64,000 bases of DNA from Paracoccaceae bacterium (GCA_021741465.1 JAIOXV010000001.1:5767-69766); one strand, 5' to 3'. Numbered from the stretch's first letter, positions 1-10,967 are shown. The notes: a model not told the origin generated them from the sequence alone. Made by a program: numbers and translations.

Positions 1-579
1 TGAAGATTGCACAAGTCGGCGCAGAAACAAATAATAAGCTGCGGCGAAACCCAGCACGACCCAGTAAAGCGTCGCCTTGTCCTTCATGTTCAGCCCCGGC
101 AAGCTGTTGGTGCGGCGCACCATGATGCCATCTTCACCGCCGTAGGTTTTCAGCGAAATGAACAGGAAAAAGAACATTTGCGCGAAGGCAAGGGTGATCA
201 TGATGAACTGCACGCCACCCGTTCGCAGCGAAAGCGCACCGACCAGCGCCGCCGCAAGACCGGCCGCGACAATCGCGGCAGGCAGGGTGATCAGCATTTG
301 ATCGGTGCCGGGGATAAACCCCAAGAACAAGGTGCCCGCATCGAAATGGTGGTAAAGCATGCCCACCACATAGCCGCCTATGCCAAAGAATGCCGCATGG
401 CCAAAACTGACCATGCCGCCATATCCCAGAATGAAGTTCAGACTGGCTGCCGCCATCCCATAAATCAGCGCCTGCCCGACAAGCTTGATCCAGCTTGATT
501 GGCCAGTCAGCTCAGCGGCAAAGGGCACCAGCGCAAGCAGGATAAAGACCACCAGCAGAAGAAGATTTTCACGCTTCAT
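1..579 (-). CDS. livM: Branched-chain amino acid-type ABC transporter permease (LivM-like), runs off the left window edge
   Basis: Manual translation from ATG at 579: MKRENLLLLVVFILLALVPF...ASLNFILGYGGMVSFGHAAFFGIGGY, which carries the LivM G-x-x-S-F-G-H-A-A-F motif. Directly downstream of livH. Confidence 0.85.
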   Translation of the reverse strand, partial: MKRENLLLLVVFILLALVPFAAELTGQSSWIKLVGQALIYGMAAASLNFILGYGGMVSFGHAAFFGIGGYVVGMLYHHFDAGTLFLGFIPGTDQMLITLPAAIVAAGLAAALVGALSLRTGGVQFIMITLAFAQMFFFLFISLKTYGGEDGIMVRRTNSLPGLNMKDKATLYWVVLGFAAAYYLFLRRLVQSS

Positions 580-582
580 GCT

Positions 583-1497
583 TTATCCCCTTCCCGCGAA
601 AAGGCCGCGCGGGCGAACCAGAAGCACAAGCGCCATCATCAGATAAATGCCCATCGATGATATTCCCACCCCCAGGGCCTGTGCCTCTGGCCCCGGCATC
701 ACCTGTTGCAAGGTGGCGGGCAGAAAGGCACGCAACATGGTGTCAAACATCCCCAGCGCAATTGCGGCCACAAAAGCACCCTTGACGGATCCGACACCGC
801 CGATGACAACAACAACAAAGGTGGCAAGGATGATCTCATCGCCCATCCCCACCTGAACCGAAACGATAGGCGAGGCCATCACCCCGGCAAGCCCCGCCAA
901 AAGCGCCCCAAGCCCGAAAACCGCGGTGTAAAGACCCTGAATATTCACGCCCAGCGCACGCACCATCTGGCGGTTGGACGCACCGGCGCGCACCAGCATG
1001 CCCACGCGGGTCTTGTTGATAAGGAAATAAAGGCCAATTGCCACCGCCAGGCCAACGGCAATGACGAACAGCCGATAGGTCGGGTAAGGCAGGCCGGGCA
1101 AGATCTCGATCGAGCCCGAAAGAACCTCGGGTGTCGAGGTGAACAGCGGCTGGCGACCAAAGATCAAAACGGTGGTCTGGTTGAAAATCAGGATCAGCGC
1201 AAACGTCGCCAACACCTGATCCAGATGGTCACGGGCATAAAGGCGGCGCATGACGCCAAGCTCCACCACAATTCCGGCAATGCCCGAGGCAACCAGCCCG
1301 GTCAAAAGTCCGCCCCAAAAGCTGCCCGTCTGAATGGCAACCCAAGACGCCGCAAAGGCACCCACCATGTAAAGCGCGCCATGGGCAAGGTTGATGACGC
1401 CCATGATCCCGAAGATCAGCGTCAGCCCTGCGGCCAGCAGGAACAAAGTGACACCGTATTGCAGCCCGTTCAAAAGCTGCTCGAACAAGAGGATCAT
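583..1497 (-). CDS. livH: Branched-chain amino acid-type ABC transporter permease (LivH-like)
   Basis: QLLNGLQYG...AAGLTLIFGIMGVINLAHGA and FVVVVIGGVGS motifs; hydrophobic. Confidence 0.9.
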   Translation of the reverse strand: MILLFEQLLNGLQYGVTLFLLAAGLTLIFGIMGVINLAHGALYMVGAFAASWVAIQTGSFWGGLLTGLVASGIAGIVVELGVMRRLYARDHLDQVLATFALILIFNQTTVLIFGRQPLFTSTPEVLSGSIEILPGLPYPTYRLFVIAVGLAVAIGLYFLINKTRVGMLVRAGASNRQMVRALGVNIQGLYTAVFGLGALLAGLAGVMASPIVSVQVGMGDEIILATFVVVVIGGVGSVKGAFVAAIALGMFDTMLRAFLPATLQQVMPGPEAQALGVGISSMGIYLMMALVLLVRPRGLFAGRG

Positions 1498-1544
1498 CCG
1501 CCCTCGCCCCCGGACAGGCCGGTCAAATTGTCATATTGGGAAAA

Positions 1545-1572
1545 CGGGCCGGAAGATATGTCTTCCGGCCCG
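1545..1572 (-). terminator. Stem-loop after the substrate-binding protein gene (terminator or mRNA stabiliser)
   Basis: Perfect 12-bp stem CGGGCCGGAAGA-TATG-TCTTCCGGCCCG followed by TTTT on the minus strand. Confidence 0.7.
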
Positions 1573-1589
1573 ATGCAAAGTTCGTCAGA

Positions 1590-2732
1590 TCACATCTTGC
1601 AGTTGGCAGCGTAGACGTCGCCAACAGCTTCGCGGATCTTTTCCTTGGTCACGATCTTGGGATTTCCGGCCTCGTCAGCCTCGATTGCGGTCAGGTACCA
1701 ATCCTGTACCGGGTGCTGGTTCGCACCAAAGGCAAAGCTGCCACGGCTTGATGCGAAATCAGCCGCCTTCATCGCCGCTTGCAGGGCTGCCATATCACCA
1801 TCCCCGCCAGCCTTGTTCAAAGCCGAACCGATCAGAAGACCAGTGTCATAGGCCTGCTGTGCATAGGTGGTCAAAGGCACATCGGGATGCGCCGCGGCCC
1901 AAGCCGCAACCAAGGCTTTGGACGATTCATTGTCGAAATCCGAGTTCCAATGGGTGGTCCCGGTCACGCCAATTGCGGCAGGCCCAACGGCCTTAAGGAT
2001 GACCGCATCATAGGACGGCTCGGACAGAACCATCGGAATGGTACCAAGGTGACCTGCCTGCTGGTATTGCTTCAAAAAGGCAATGCCCTGACCGCCAGGA
2101 TGGAACTGGAAGACCACTTCAGGCGCCTTGTCGCGGATCTGCGCCATTTCGCTGGCGAAGTCCGATTGCTCAACCCCGGTGTATATCTCGGTCACTTCGC
2201 CGCCGAATTCACGCGAAAAGCCGGCGATGGCATCTTTGCCAGCTTGATAGTTGGGGGCCAAGGCGACCGCGGTCTTGTAGCCCAGCTTTTTGGCCGCAGC
2301 ACCCGAAGCTTCGTGCAAGCTGTCATTCTGCCAGCTGACCACAAAATAGTTCGGGTTGCACTTTTCGCCAGCCAGCGGCGAAGGGGCTGCGTTCGGGCTG
2401 ACATAGATCGCGCCGGCATCCAGTGCCTCGGGCACAACCGCGCCCGACACGTTCGAGAAGACGATCCCGGTCATCACCTTGATGCCTTCTTCGTTCAGCA
2501 TGCGGTCAGCCACCTGAACGCCGGTGTTCGGATCGCGGCCGTCATCTTCGACAACCAGCTCATAAGGCGCGCCCGAGGCATCAAGCCCCAGCATCAGCCC
2601 GTCACGGATCTGCTCGCCCAAATAGCCCGCAGGCCCTGACAATGTGGTAATAACGCCAATCTTGGTGCCATCGGCATAGGCCGGAACGGCCATAGCAACG
2701 AGAAGGCTGGCAGTGGTCAAAAGTCTTTTCAT
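1590..2732 (-). CDS. ABC transporter substrate-binding protein (LivJ/aromatic-compound type)
   Basis: Signal peptide (AYA|D), KIGVITTLSGPAGYLG motif, upstream of livH/livM. Confidence 0.9.
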   Translation of the reverse strand: MKRLLTTASLLVAMAVPAYADGTKIGVITTLSGPAGYLGEQIRDGLMLGLDASGAPYELVVEDDGRDPNTGVQVADRMLNEEGIKVMTGIVFSNVSGAVVPEALDAGAIYVSPNAAPSPLAGEKCNPNYFVVSWQNDSLHEASGAAAKKLGYKTAVALAPNYQAGKDAIAGFSREFGGEVTEIYTGVEQSDFASEMAQIRDKAPEVVFQFHPGGQGIAFLKQYQQAGHLGTIPMVLSEPSYDAVILKAVGPAAIGVTGTTHWNSDFDNESSKALVAAWAAAHPDVPLTTYAQQAYDTGLLIGSALNKAGGDGDMAALQAAMKAADFASSRGSFAFGANQHPVQDWYLTAIEADEAGNPKIVTKEKIREAVGDVYAANCKM

Positions 2733-2790
2733 TTCATTCTCCCGGTTCGTGTTGGATTCTTTTTCTTCTTGTTGTCGTCAGTTTGACAGT

Positions 2791-2818
2791 CTTGAATATT
2801 ATTTCAAGCCTAAAATAT
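2791..2818. promoter_or_regulatory. Putative operator upstream of the ABC SBP gene
   Basis: CTTGAA-TATTAT-TTCAAG inverted repeat. TTCAAGCCTAAA (2803-2814) matches the palindrome upstream of pcaF at 10/12 positions. Confidence 0.5.
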
Positions 2819-3382
<564 letters not shown>

Positions 3383-4339
3383 TCAGGCCAGTTTCAGGCC
3401 ACAGGTTTCAAATGCAAGTCTGGTCTTGGTTTTTTCGTCTCCCGTCAATTCCAGACAGGGCGGACGCACGCGCCCCCCGCTTTGGCCCAAAAGATCTTGC
3501 CAGTATTTCTGATGCGCGTGGGGCTTTTCTGGGGGGCGGGTCGATTTCAGGGCTTGGCGCACTGGCTCCAGGCTGTCGCGGATGGCACGGGCTTCATCGG
3601 CGCGCCCGGCAAACGCTGCGTCGGTATAGGCGCGCATGCGTTTGTCGGCGGCGGTCTGGATCAGGTACGGGGGCGAAGAACACAGATAAAGCTGCCAGTT
3701 CAGCTCTAGAATATTCTCCAGCCATTCTTCCTCGGACGCCGTAGAAACGATCATCCGGTCTCCTGCTAGGCGTGAGAGTTCTGCGTACATCGGCCTTGGA
3801 ACCGAATATTTGATCGCCACCACGGTTTCGATATCGGCCAACCGGTTGCACAGTTGTGGGCTCATCAAATAGCCGCTGTCAGGATGCGACCACAGCGCGA
3901 TCCCGATATCAACCTTCGATGCAATCGTTTCATAATAGCGGATCAGTGTTTCATCCTGTTCCTTATAGAAATGCAGCACCGGCGCGTGGACCACAATGTA
4001 ATCGGCCCCGCAGGATTGGGCGTGTTTGGCCAGATCAATCACCACATCCATGTTCTGGTCAGAGCAAGACATGATGGTTTGCGCCCGCCCGTCTGCAGCC
4101 CTGACCGCAAGGTCAAAGGCCCGTTTGCGTTCCTCGAGCGACATGGCAAAGAACTCGCCCTGTTTGCCTGCAATGAAAAACCCATCGATCCCAAGATCGT
4201 TGATCCAGTGATCCATATTGGCGGCAAAGCCCTCTTCATCGATGGAAAGATCCTCGCGGAAGGGCATGAGTCCGGCCGCCCAAATGCCTTTCATATGGGC
4301 GAAAGCATGTGACTTTGCGGTTTGGCGGGAATATTTCAC
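3383..4339 (-). CDS. DHDPS/NAL-superfamily class I aldolase, dehydratase or deaminase; substrate unknown
   Basis: GxxGEF motif as GKQGEF, SLEERKR, Schiff-base lysine in AIKYS, C-terminal VRPP. Confidence 0.85.
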   Translation of the reverse strand: MKYSRQTAKSHAFAHMKGIWAAGLMPFREDLSIDEEGFAANMDHWINDLGIDGFFIAGKQGEFFAMSLEERKRAFDLAVRAADGRAQTIMSCSDQNMDVVIDLAKHAQSCGADYIVVHAPVLHFYKEQDETLIRYYETIASKVDIGIALWSHPDSGYLMSPQLCNRLADIETVVAIKYSVPRPMYAELSRLAGDRMIVSTASEEEWLENILELNWQLYLCSSPPYLIQTAADKRMRAYTDAAFAGRADEARAIRDSLEPVRQALKSTRPPEKPHAHQKYWQDLLGQSGGRVRPPCLELTGDEKTKTRLAFETCGLKLA

Positions 4340-5802
4340 GGCTTGGCTCCTGAAACGGTCGGTTCGGTTTCCAACTCCATTCGGTGCGAGATGGTCTTGG
4401 TGACAGTATAGTGGTGCAGCCCCTCGGCCCCGCCTTCGCGGCCATGGCCCGAATATTTGACCCCGCCGAACGGCACTTCCGCCACAGATGCCTCCAGCGT
4501 GTTGATCGACAGGTTGCCAGCCTCGATCCCGCTGGTCATCTGGTCAACATTGGCCGCCGAATGGGTAAACCCATAAGCCGCAAGGCCAAACGGCAAGGCA
4601 TTGGCGCGGGCGATGGCGTCATCAAGCGACGATACCGGGTTGATGATGGCCAACGGACCAAAGGGTTCTTCCTTCATCACGCGGGCATTGTCCGGCACAT
4701 CAGCCAAAACGGTAACGGGGAAGAAATACCCCGGTCCATTGGGGCGGGTGCCGCCTGCCAGAACCTTGGCGCCTTTGCTTCTGGCGTCTTCCACCAGCGC
4801 ATCAAGTGCCGCAATCCGGCGATGATTGGCCACGGGCCCCATTTCGGTTTCACGGTCCAGCCCATTGCCCATTCGCACCTGTGACGCGCGGGCAGCAAAG
4901 GCATGGGCGAAAGCCTCGTACGAGTTTTCCATCACGAAAAACCGGGTGGGAGAGGTGCAGACCTGCCCCGAGTTGCGGGCCTTTCTGACCGCAGACATGA
5001 CACCGGCGGCAACCGGATCAACATCATCGCACACGATCACCGGCGCATGACCGCCAAGTTCCATCAACACCGGCGTCATGCTGCGCGCGGCCATTTCTGT
5101 CAGGTGGATGCCAACCGATGTTGAACCGGTAAACGCCACAACGCGCACCCGGTCTTGTGGGATCAGATAGCTGGAAATCTCGGCCGGGTTGCCAAAGACA
5201 AGGTTCAAAACGCCCGCAGGCAGGCCCGCATCCAGAAACGCCCGCGCGATGTGCATCGCCCCCGCCGGAGTTTCTTCTGCGGCTTTAAGGATGATTGAAC
5301 AGCCCGACGCAAGCGCGCCGGCCACCTTGCGGGCGGGTTGCGAAAGCGGGAAATTCCATGGTGCAAACCCCGCCACGATCCCAGCGGCTTCGCGTATGAC
5401 CGTATAGCGGATTCCGGGGGCCGACGGCACCACATGGCCATAAAGCCGCTGCGCCTCGCCTGCATCCCATTCAAAAAACTCGCTGCCGCGAATGACCTCC
5501 ATCCGCGCCTGCATCAATGGCTTGCCGTTTTCCATCGTGATGGATGGCGCAATCTTTTCCGCCCTTTCGCGCAACAGACTGGCCGCTTTCATGATGATCT
5601 GGGCACGGATGCGCGGTGCGGTCCGGCTCCAGACCTTGAAGCCTTTTTCGGCGGCCTCAAGCGCCAGATCCAGATCAGAGGTTCGCGCGACAGGCAGGCG
5701 GCCGATTTCGGCTTCGGTCGCGGGGTTAAGCACGGGCAAGGTTTCCGCCGTTTGATGCCAACGGTTGTCGATGAAAAGCTTGAGGTCAGGATATTCGGTC
5801 AT
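4336..5802 (-). CDS. NAD(P)-dependent aldehyde dehydrogenase (SSADH/KGSADH-like)
   Basis: PWNFP, FTGST, MELGG (catalytic Glu), GQVC (catalytic Cys), EEPFGP, PFGGVK. Confidence 0.92.
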   Translation of the reverse strand: MTEYPDLKLFIDNRWHQTAETLPVLNPATEAEIGRLPVARTSDLDLALEAAEKGFKVWSRTAPRIRAQIIMKAASLLRERAEKIAPSITMENGKPLMQARMEVIRGSEFFEWDAGEAQRLYGHVVPSAPGIRYTVIREAAGIVAGFAPWNFPLSQPARKVAGALASGCSIILKAAEETPAGAMHIARAFLDAGLPAGVLNLVFGNPAEISSYLIPQDRVRVVAFTGSTSVGIHLTEMAARSMTPVLMELGGHAPVIVCDDVDPVAAGVMSAVRKARNSGQVCTSPTRFFVMENSYEAFAHAFAARASQVRMGNGLDRETEMGPVANHRRIAALDALVEDARSKGAKVLAGGTRPNGPGYFFPVTVLADVPDNARVMKEEPFGPLAIINPVSSLDDAIARANALPFGLAAYGFTHSAANVDQMTSGIEAGNLSINTLEASVAEVPFGGVKYSGHGREGGAEGLHHYTVTKTISHRMELETEPTVSGAKP

Positions 5803-5863
5803 CGCGGGCCTATGGATTGCATTTGGCCATTAATGCGCAGTGGCATGTTGAATACAAATGAAG

Positions 5864-5894
5864 TATCTGAACTTGGATATTCATAATTGGAATA
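5864..5894. promoter_or_regulatory. Putative LysR binding sites in the divergent promoter
   Basis: Two overlapping inverted repeats, TATC-N8-GATA and TATTC-N7-GAATA (contains T-N11-A), just upstream of the lysR start. Confidence 0.5.
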
Positions 5895-5898
5895 GCCA

Positions 5899-6822
5899 AT
5901 GGCACATATTCCCCGCCTTGAGACCCACCTTTCCTTGCGGCACCTGACATTGATTGACGCCATCGCCCGCGAAGGCACGCTTTTGGGGGCATCGCAAAAC
6001 ATTGGCCTGACCCAATCTGCGGTGACAAAAGCCTTGCAAGAGGCCGAGGCAACCCTTGGCAGCCAACTGTTCAGCCGCACAAATCGTGGTGTCAGGGCGA
6101 CACAGGCCGGAGAGATCCTGATCGCCCATGCCCGGCTGGTGCTAAGCCAGTTGCGCCACGCCGGGCAAGAGTTGGAGGACCTGCGCAGCGGCTCTGGCGG
6201 GCGGGTGGCGATTGGGGTCTTGGTTTCGGCCGCCGTGTCAATTCTGCCATCGGCGATTGCCAGCGTTCGCCAACATCGGCCCAATCTGTCGGTGAAGGTG
6301 ATCGAAGGCACAAATGATGTCTTGATGCCGCTGCTTCGTTCCGGAGAGTTGGATCTGGTGGTCGGCAGGCTGCCTGCATTTTCTTCGGGCAGCGGCATTT
6401 CGGAAGAAACCCTTTGCGAAGACTATGCCCAGATCGTTGTGCGCAAGGGACATCCTTTGCTGCAACGCCAGAATCTCAGCTTGGCAGACCTGATGGACCA
6501 GCCGTTGATTTTGCCGCGACAGGAAACTTCGTTGCGGCGCCAGATCGACGAAGGATTTCGTCAGATGGGCTTGCGCGCTCCGTCCAACGTGGTGGAATCG
6601 GTGTCGATCGTGACGAACCGTGCACTGGTGCTGCGCGCCGATTACCTTGCGGTTTGGCCTGTTCGGCTTGCACAGTTTGAAAGCGATCTTGGGCTTGTTG
6701 AACCGCTCGATATCGCCTTGCCGACGACACGTCGCCCGATCGGCATCTCCACCCGGCGCGATGCACGGCTTTCCCCGGCGGCGGAAACCATGATCTCGGC
6801 CTTGCGGGTTGCCGCCGCATAG
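5899..6822 (+). CDS. LysR-family regulator (PcaQ/GalR-like)
   Basis: N-terminal HTH (TQSAVTKAL..AE..LG..LF.R), LRSGELDLVVGRL; divergent from the catabolic operon. Confidence 0.9.
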   Translation: MAHIPRLETHLSLRHLTLIDAIAREGTLLGASQNIGLTQSAVTKALQEAEATLGSQLFSRTNRGVRATQAGEILIAHARLVLSQLRHAGQELEDLRSGSGGRVAIGVLVSAAVSILPSAIASVRQHRPNLSVKVIEGTNDVLMPLLRSGELDLVVGRLPAFSSGSGISEETLCEDYAQIVVRKGHPLLQRQNLSLADLMDQPLILPRQETSLRRQIDEGFRQMGLRAPSNVVESVSIVTNRALVLRADYLAVWPVRLAQFESDLGLVEPLDIALPTTRRPIGISTRRDARLSPAAETMISALRVAAA

Positions 6823-6837
6823 GGAACTTGCATTTTC

Positions 6838-6849
6838 TTCAAGCTTGAA
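6838..6849. promoter_or_regulatory. Perfect palindromic operator candidate upstream of pcaF
   Basis: TTCAAGCTTGAA in the short lysR-pcaF intergenic region. Confidence 0.55.
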
Positions 6850-6878
6850 ACATTATCAACGAAACGAAGGGGCCTGCC

Positions 6879-8084
6879 ATGACTGACGCGTTCATCTGCG
6901 ACTATATTCGCACACCGATTGGCCGTTACGCAGGCGCCTTGGCACATGTGCGCACCGACGATCTTGCCGCAATTCCGCTTGCGGCCCTGCTGGCGCGCAA
7001 TCCGGGGCTGGACCCGGCCGCGGTGGAAGAGGTCTGGATGGGCTGCGCCAATCAGGCGGGCGAAGACAACCGCAATGTCGCACGCATGGCGATTTTGCTG
7101 GCAGGCCTTCCCGAAACCGTGCCGGGGGCCACGGTCAACCGTCTGTGCGGCAGCGGGATGGAGGCAGTTTCGGCCGCAGCCCGCGCGATCAAAGCCGGAG
7201 AAATCACGCTGGCCATTGCCGCCGGGGTCGAAAGCATGACGCGTGCGCCATTGATAATGCCCAAAGCCTCTAGCGCCTTTTCGCGGGGGGCGGAAATTGC
7301 AGACAGCACCATCGGCTGGCGCTTTGTGAACCCCAAAATGAAAGCGGCTTTTGGCACCGACTCCATGCCGGAAACCGCCGAGAACCTTGCAGACGAACAG
7401 GGCATAAGCCGTGCCGATCAAGATGCTTTTGCCCTGCGCTCGCAGCAACGGGCCGGGGCGGCACAGGCCAATGGGCGGCTTGGGGCCGAAATCGTTGCGG
7501 TAACGGTTGATCTGGGCCGCGGCAAAACCGCCGAAGTGGCGCAAGACGAACATCCCCGCGGCGATACACAGCCCCAAGACCTCAGCAAACTGCGCCCGAT
7601 CACCCGGCCCGACGGCACGATCACCGCAGGAAATGCCTCGGGTGTGAACGACGGGGCGGCAGCGCTTCTAATCGCCAGCGCCGCTGCGGCCAAGGCACAT
7701 CGACTAAAGCCCATCGCCCGCATCCTCGGCGCCGCATCGGCTGGGGTTGCACCGCGCATCATGGGTTACGGCCCCGTGCCGGCGGTGAAAAAGCTGTTGG
7801 CCCAGCACGGCATCAGCCTTGCCGACCTGTCGGTCATCGAACTGAACGAGGCTTTTGCAGCCCAAGGTCTTGCCGTGCTGCGCAGTCTGGGCATTGCCGA
7901 CGATGATCCCCGCGTAAACCCCAACGGTGGCGCCATTGCGCTTGGTCATCCTTTGGGCATGACCGGCGCGCGCATTACCGGAACGGCCGCGCTTGAACTG
8001 CACCGGACGGGCGGGCGCTATGCTTTGGCAACGATGTGCGTTGGCGTGGGCCAAGGCACGGCGGTGCTGCTGGAACGCGTCTAA
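6879..8084 (+). CDS. pcaF: 3-oxoadipyl-CoA thiolase (PcaF/PaaJ type)
   Basis: [48 protein letters not shown]. Confidence 0.9.
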   Translation: MTDAFICDYIRTPIGRYAGALAHVRTDDLAAIPLAALLARNPGLDPAAVEEVWMGCANQAGEDNRNVARMAILLAGLPETVPGATVNRLCGSGMEAVSAAARAIKAGEITLAIAAGVESMTRAPLIMPKASSAFSRGAEIADSTIGWRFVNPKMKAAFGTDSMPETAENLADEQGISRADQDAFALRSQQRAGAAQANGRLGAEIVAVTVDLGRGKTAEVAQDEHPRGDTQPQDLSKLRPITRPDGTITAGNASGVNDGAAALLIASAAAAKAHRLKPIARILGAASAGVAPRIMGYGPVPAVKKLLAQHGISLADLSVIELNEAFAAQGLAVLRSLGIADDDPRVNPNGGAIALGHPLGMTGARITGTAALELHRTGGRYALATMCVGVGQGTAVLLERV

Positions 8085-8581
8085 CGCACAATCAGCCGGG
8101 TTGCGGGGGCAATGCGCCCTGCGATCCAACGCAAATCGCTTGGATCAAAAGCCACACATCCTGCGGTGGGATAGCCAGGACGCCGCCATTGGTGCAGAAA
8201 GATCGCCGACCCGCGCCCCGGCACGGCCTGCGGCCAGTTCCAATCCGTCACCAGGACCAGATCATACAAAGGATCTGCCCGGCGCAATTTTTCATGCGAA
8301 AAGGCGTGTGGTGCGCGAACCATCAAGTTGTAGTCGATATCCTTGGGGTCATCTGACCAGAGGTCCACCGGCCCTATCGGCACAGCCCAAGCCTGCGGTG
8401 GCGCAATGCGATCGGGCCGGTACAACATGCCGACGATCCTGTGAACACCGGTTGGCGTGCCGCCGTCCCCTTCGCGTTTGGCACGAGCGGCCACAATGCC
8501 ACCACGGCCGATGCTGCAAGGAAAAAGCCGCCCCGCAAAGCGCACGCCGCATGGCGTCACGACCAGATCTGCCGGGGTCAT
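8081..8581 (-). CDS. L,D-transpeptidase (YkuD-like) family protein
   Basis: KREGDGGTP and GSAIFLH...TAGCVA motifs. Start set to the ATG at 8581, which overlaps the ribA stop. Confidence 0.85.
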   Translation of the reverse strand: MTPADLVVTPCGVRFAGRLFPCSIGRGGIVAARAKREGDGGTPTGVHRIVGMLYRPDRIAPPQAWAVPIGPVDLWSDDPKDIDYNLMVRAPHAFSHEKLRRADPLYDLVLVTDWNWPQAVPGRGSAIFLHQWRRPGYPTAGCVAFDPSDLRWIAGRIAPATRLIVR

Positions 8582-9663
8582 AGCAGATGCCCCGATTTTG
8601 CGGCCTTGGTGGCAAGGTAGGCGGCGTTTTCGTTGGTCTGGCCCACTTTCAATGGAACGCGTTCCACCACATCCACCCCACACGCGGCCAGCATGTCCAG
8701 TTTCTTGGGATTGTTGGTCAAAAGCCGCACCGAACCAAAGCCCATCCGTTTCAGAATTTCGGCGCCGATGCGAAAATCGCGCTCGTCATCTTCAAAGCCC
8801 AAGCGATGGTTGGCTTCAACCGTATCGAACCCCTGATCCTGCAAAGAATAGGCGCGCATCTTGTTGGCCAGACCAATGCCACGGCCTTCCTGGTTTAGAT
8901 ACAAAAGCACGCCTGCCCCTTCGGCCCCCATCTGTGCCAAGGCCGCACGCAACTGTGGGCCGCAATCACATTTCAGGCTGCCCAGAACATCGCCGGTAAA
9001 ACAGGCCGAATGCAGCCGCGCCAGAACCGGGGCAGCACGGTCAGGACGGCCGATTTCAATGGCGTAATGTTCGGCCGCCCCATCATCGGGGCGGAAGATA
9101 TGGACCCGGCCTGCAGCACTGGCCGCCATGGGCAACCGCGCCGATATGACCGAAGACAAAGGAGCAAGCCGATCAAGGTCGTGCAGATCTTCGGCAAACA
9201 ACTGCGTCAGGCCATGGGTCGCCGAAAAGGCAAGACCATCGGCAACAGGCACCATGATCGCGGCAGGCAAAAGCTGCGCCGATTTTGCCAGGGCAAGGGC
9301 CAGACGCGACAAAGAGGCGTCCCCATCCCGACGGCTGTGCAGCGGGCCCTTCATTGGCACCTGCAGGTCATCGGCCGGATCAGCCACGGCAAGGCACCAG
9401 CGCAGATCGGCATCGGCGGGCACGATAATGCGGGCCAGATCACCGTCATAAGCCCGCGCCTTCAAGGTTTCTGCCCGCCGCGCGGTAAGCGCCAATTCCA
9501 ACTGGCCCAGCGCGGCAAGATCGTGAAGGCGCGCCTTTGTCAGGGCTTCGACCGCAACAGCCAGCATGGCGTGCCCGCCCCCAACCAACACGACTGGCAG
9601 CCCAAGCCGCAAGTCACTGCGGGCACGGGCAAGCTTTTCGGTTCTGGTCGGGGCGAATGTCAT
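8578..9663 (-). CDS. ribA: GTP cyclohydrolase II
   Basis: [38 protein letters not shown]. Confidence 0.95.
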   Translation of the reverse strand: MTFAPTRTEKLARARSDLRLGLPVVLVGGGHAMLAVAVEALTKARLHDLAALGQLELALTARRAETLKARAYDGDLARIIVPADADLRWCLAVADPADDLQVPMKGPLHSRRDGDASLSRLALALAKSAQLLPAAIMVPVADGLAFSATHGLTQLFAEDLHDLDRLAPLSSVISARLPMAASAAGRVHIFRPDDGAAEHYAIEIGRPDRAAPVLARLHSACFTGDVLGSLKCDCGPQLRAALAQMGAEGAGVLLYLNQEGRGIGLANKMRAYSLQDQGFDTVEANHRLGFEDDERDFRIGAEILKRMGFGSVRLLTNNPKKLDMLAACGVDVVERVPLKVGQTNENAAYLATKAAKSGHLL

Positions 9664-9825
9664 GCTATCTCCTGGCCCCTACATAGGCCGCGGATTACGA
9701 AATTGAAACATAGTGCCGCCCTGCGACACGACCGCGTGAGGCGATTGTTGCAAATCTTGCCGAACCTGTGTTGCGGGCGCATGTGAAGCAAGACGGGCAA
9801 GCGGCCCGATGAAATGGAGGTCCCT

Positions 9826-10512
9826 ATGGCAACCCTTCGGAAGATCCTTTTGGTGGACGATGACGACGACCTGCGTGAGGCGCTGTCGGAACAGTTGGTG
9901 ATGACGGAAGACTTTGATGTGTTCGAGGCGCGAAATGGTGCCGAGGGCATGGAGAAGGTCAAGCAAGGTCTTTACGATCTTGTCATTCTGGACGTCGGCC
10001 TGCCCGATACCGATGGGCGCGAGTTGTGCAAGCGGATGCGCAAGTCGGGCGTGAAATGCCCCGTGATGATGCTGACCGGCCATGACACAGACAGTGACAC
10101 GATCCTTGGCCTGGATTCCGGCGCTAATGATTATGTGACCAAGCCCTTCAAGTTCCCCGTGCTTTTGGCCCGCATCCGCGCGCAACTGCGCACGCATGAG
10201 CAATCGGAAGATGCTATCTTCCAGCTTGGCCCCTATACCTTCAAGCCGGCGCAAAAAATTCTCATCGATGCCAAGGACAAGAAGGTTCGCCTGACGGACA
10301 AGGAAACCAACATCCTGAAATATCTGTACCGCGCGCAGTCTGGCGTGGTGGCGCGGGACATCCTGCTGCACGAGGTCTGGGGCTACAATGCCGGGGTCAC
10401 GACCCATACTTTGGAAACCCACATCTATCGCTTGCGCCAAAAGATCGAGTCCGATCCATCCAATGCGCGGCTCTTGGTAACCGAAAACGGCGGATACAAG
10501 CTGGTTGCATAA
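9826..10512 (+). CDS. OmpR-family response regulator (no cognate kinase nearby)
   Basis: Receiver domain (LVDDD, LDVGLP, KPF) plus winged HTH (HTLETHIYRLRQK); GGAGG RBS before ATG 9826. Confidence 0.92.
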   Translation: MATLRKILLVDDDDDLREALSEQLVMTEDFDVFEARNGAEGMEKVKQGLYDLVILDVGLPDTDGRELCKRMRKSGVKCPVMMLTGHDTDSDTILGLDSGANDYVTKPFKFPVLLARIRAQLRTHEQSEDAIFQLGPYTFKPAQKILIDAKDKKVRLTDKETNILKYLYRAQSGVVARDILLHEVWGYNAGVTTHTLETHIYRLRQKIESDPSNARLLVTENGGYKLVA

Positions 10513-10568
10513 AATCTTTACCATTCGGGCCTTATTGTTGTCCGAATCAATACCTATCTTCGGGTCAA

Positions 10569-10684
10569 GCGGGTGATCTCCTTCCTCCCTTGATCCCGCC
10601 TTCCTTCCCCTTGTCGTGTCGGGGTTATGGCACGGCATCCCTCCCTGTTGGAACTGGCCGGGCCTTGTGCCCGGTCTTTTTTTC
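10569..10684 (+). ncRNA. Candidate sRNA 1 with anti-SD motifs (suhB/alpha-r8-like 3' module)
   Basis: Hairpin with a CCUUCCUCCC loop, a 9-bp hairpin with G-U pairs (TGTCGTGTC/GGCACGGCA), the seed CCTCCCTGTTGGA, then a GC stem and T7 terminator. The 5' end is uncertain. Confidence 0.65.
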
Positions 10685-10826
10685 AATCCCTGTTGGGGCA
10701 GGCCTAAGCGCAAGGCCTAAGCCGCAGGGCTTTTGAAAAGGGGCAAAGCCCTGCCCAATATGCGCGCAACCACCGATTGTGGCTAAAAAACCATGACTCC
10801 GAGAGTTTTGATTTAGGTCAATTCGC

Positions 10827-10907
10827 GATCTGAGGATTCCATGGTATACAGATCCTACCTCCCTGTTGGACTTCGCCCGGCCCCGTTTGGCCGGGCTTTC
10901 TTTTTTC
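10827..10907 (+). ncRNA. Candidate sRNA 2, paralogue of sRNA 1 (suhB/alpha-r8-like)
   Basis: GATCTG...CAGATC hairpin, identical seed CCTCCCTGTTGGA, stem GCCCGGCC/GGCCGGGC and a T-rich tail. The 5' end is uncertain. Confidence 0.65.
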
Positions 10908-10967
10908 ACGGCTTGAGAGCGCAGATCCAAGCGCCTAGGGTGGCGGCCCGACGACAGGAGCCAGCCC

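Noticed and set aside
8578-9663. Long N-terminal domain on RibA as a novel fusion
   Set aside because: A degenerate RibB-like N-terminus is usual in alphaproteobacterial RibA.
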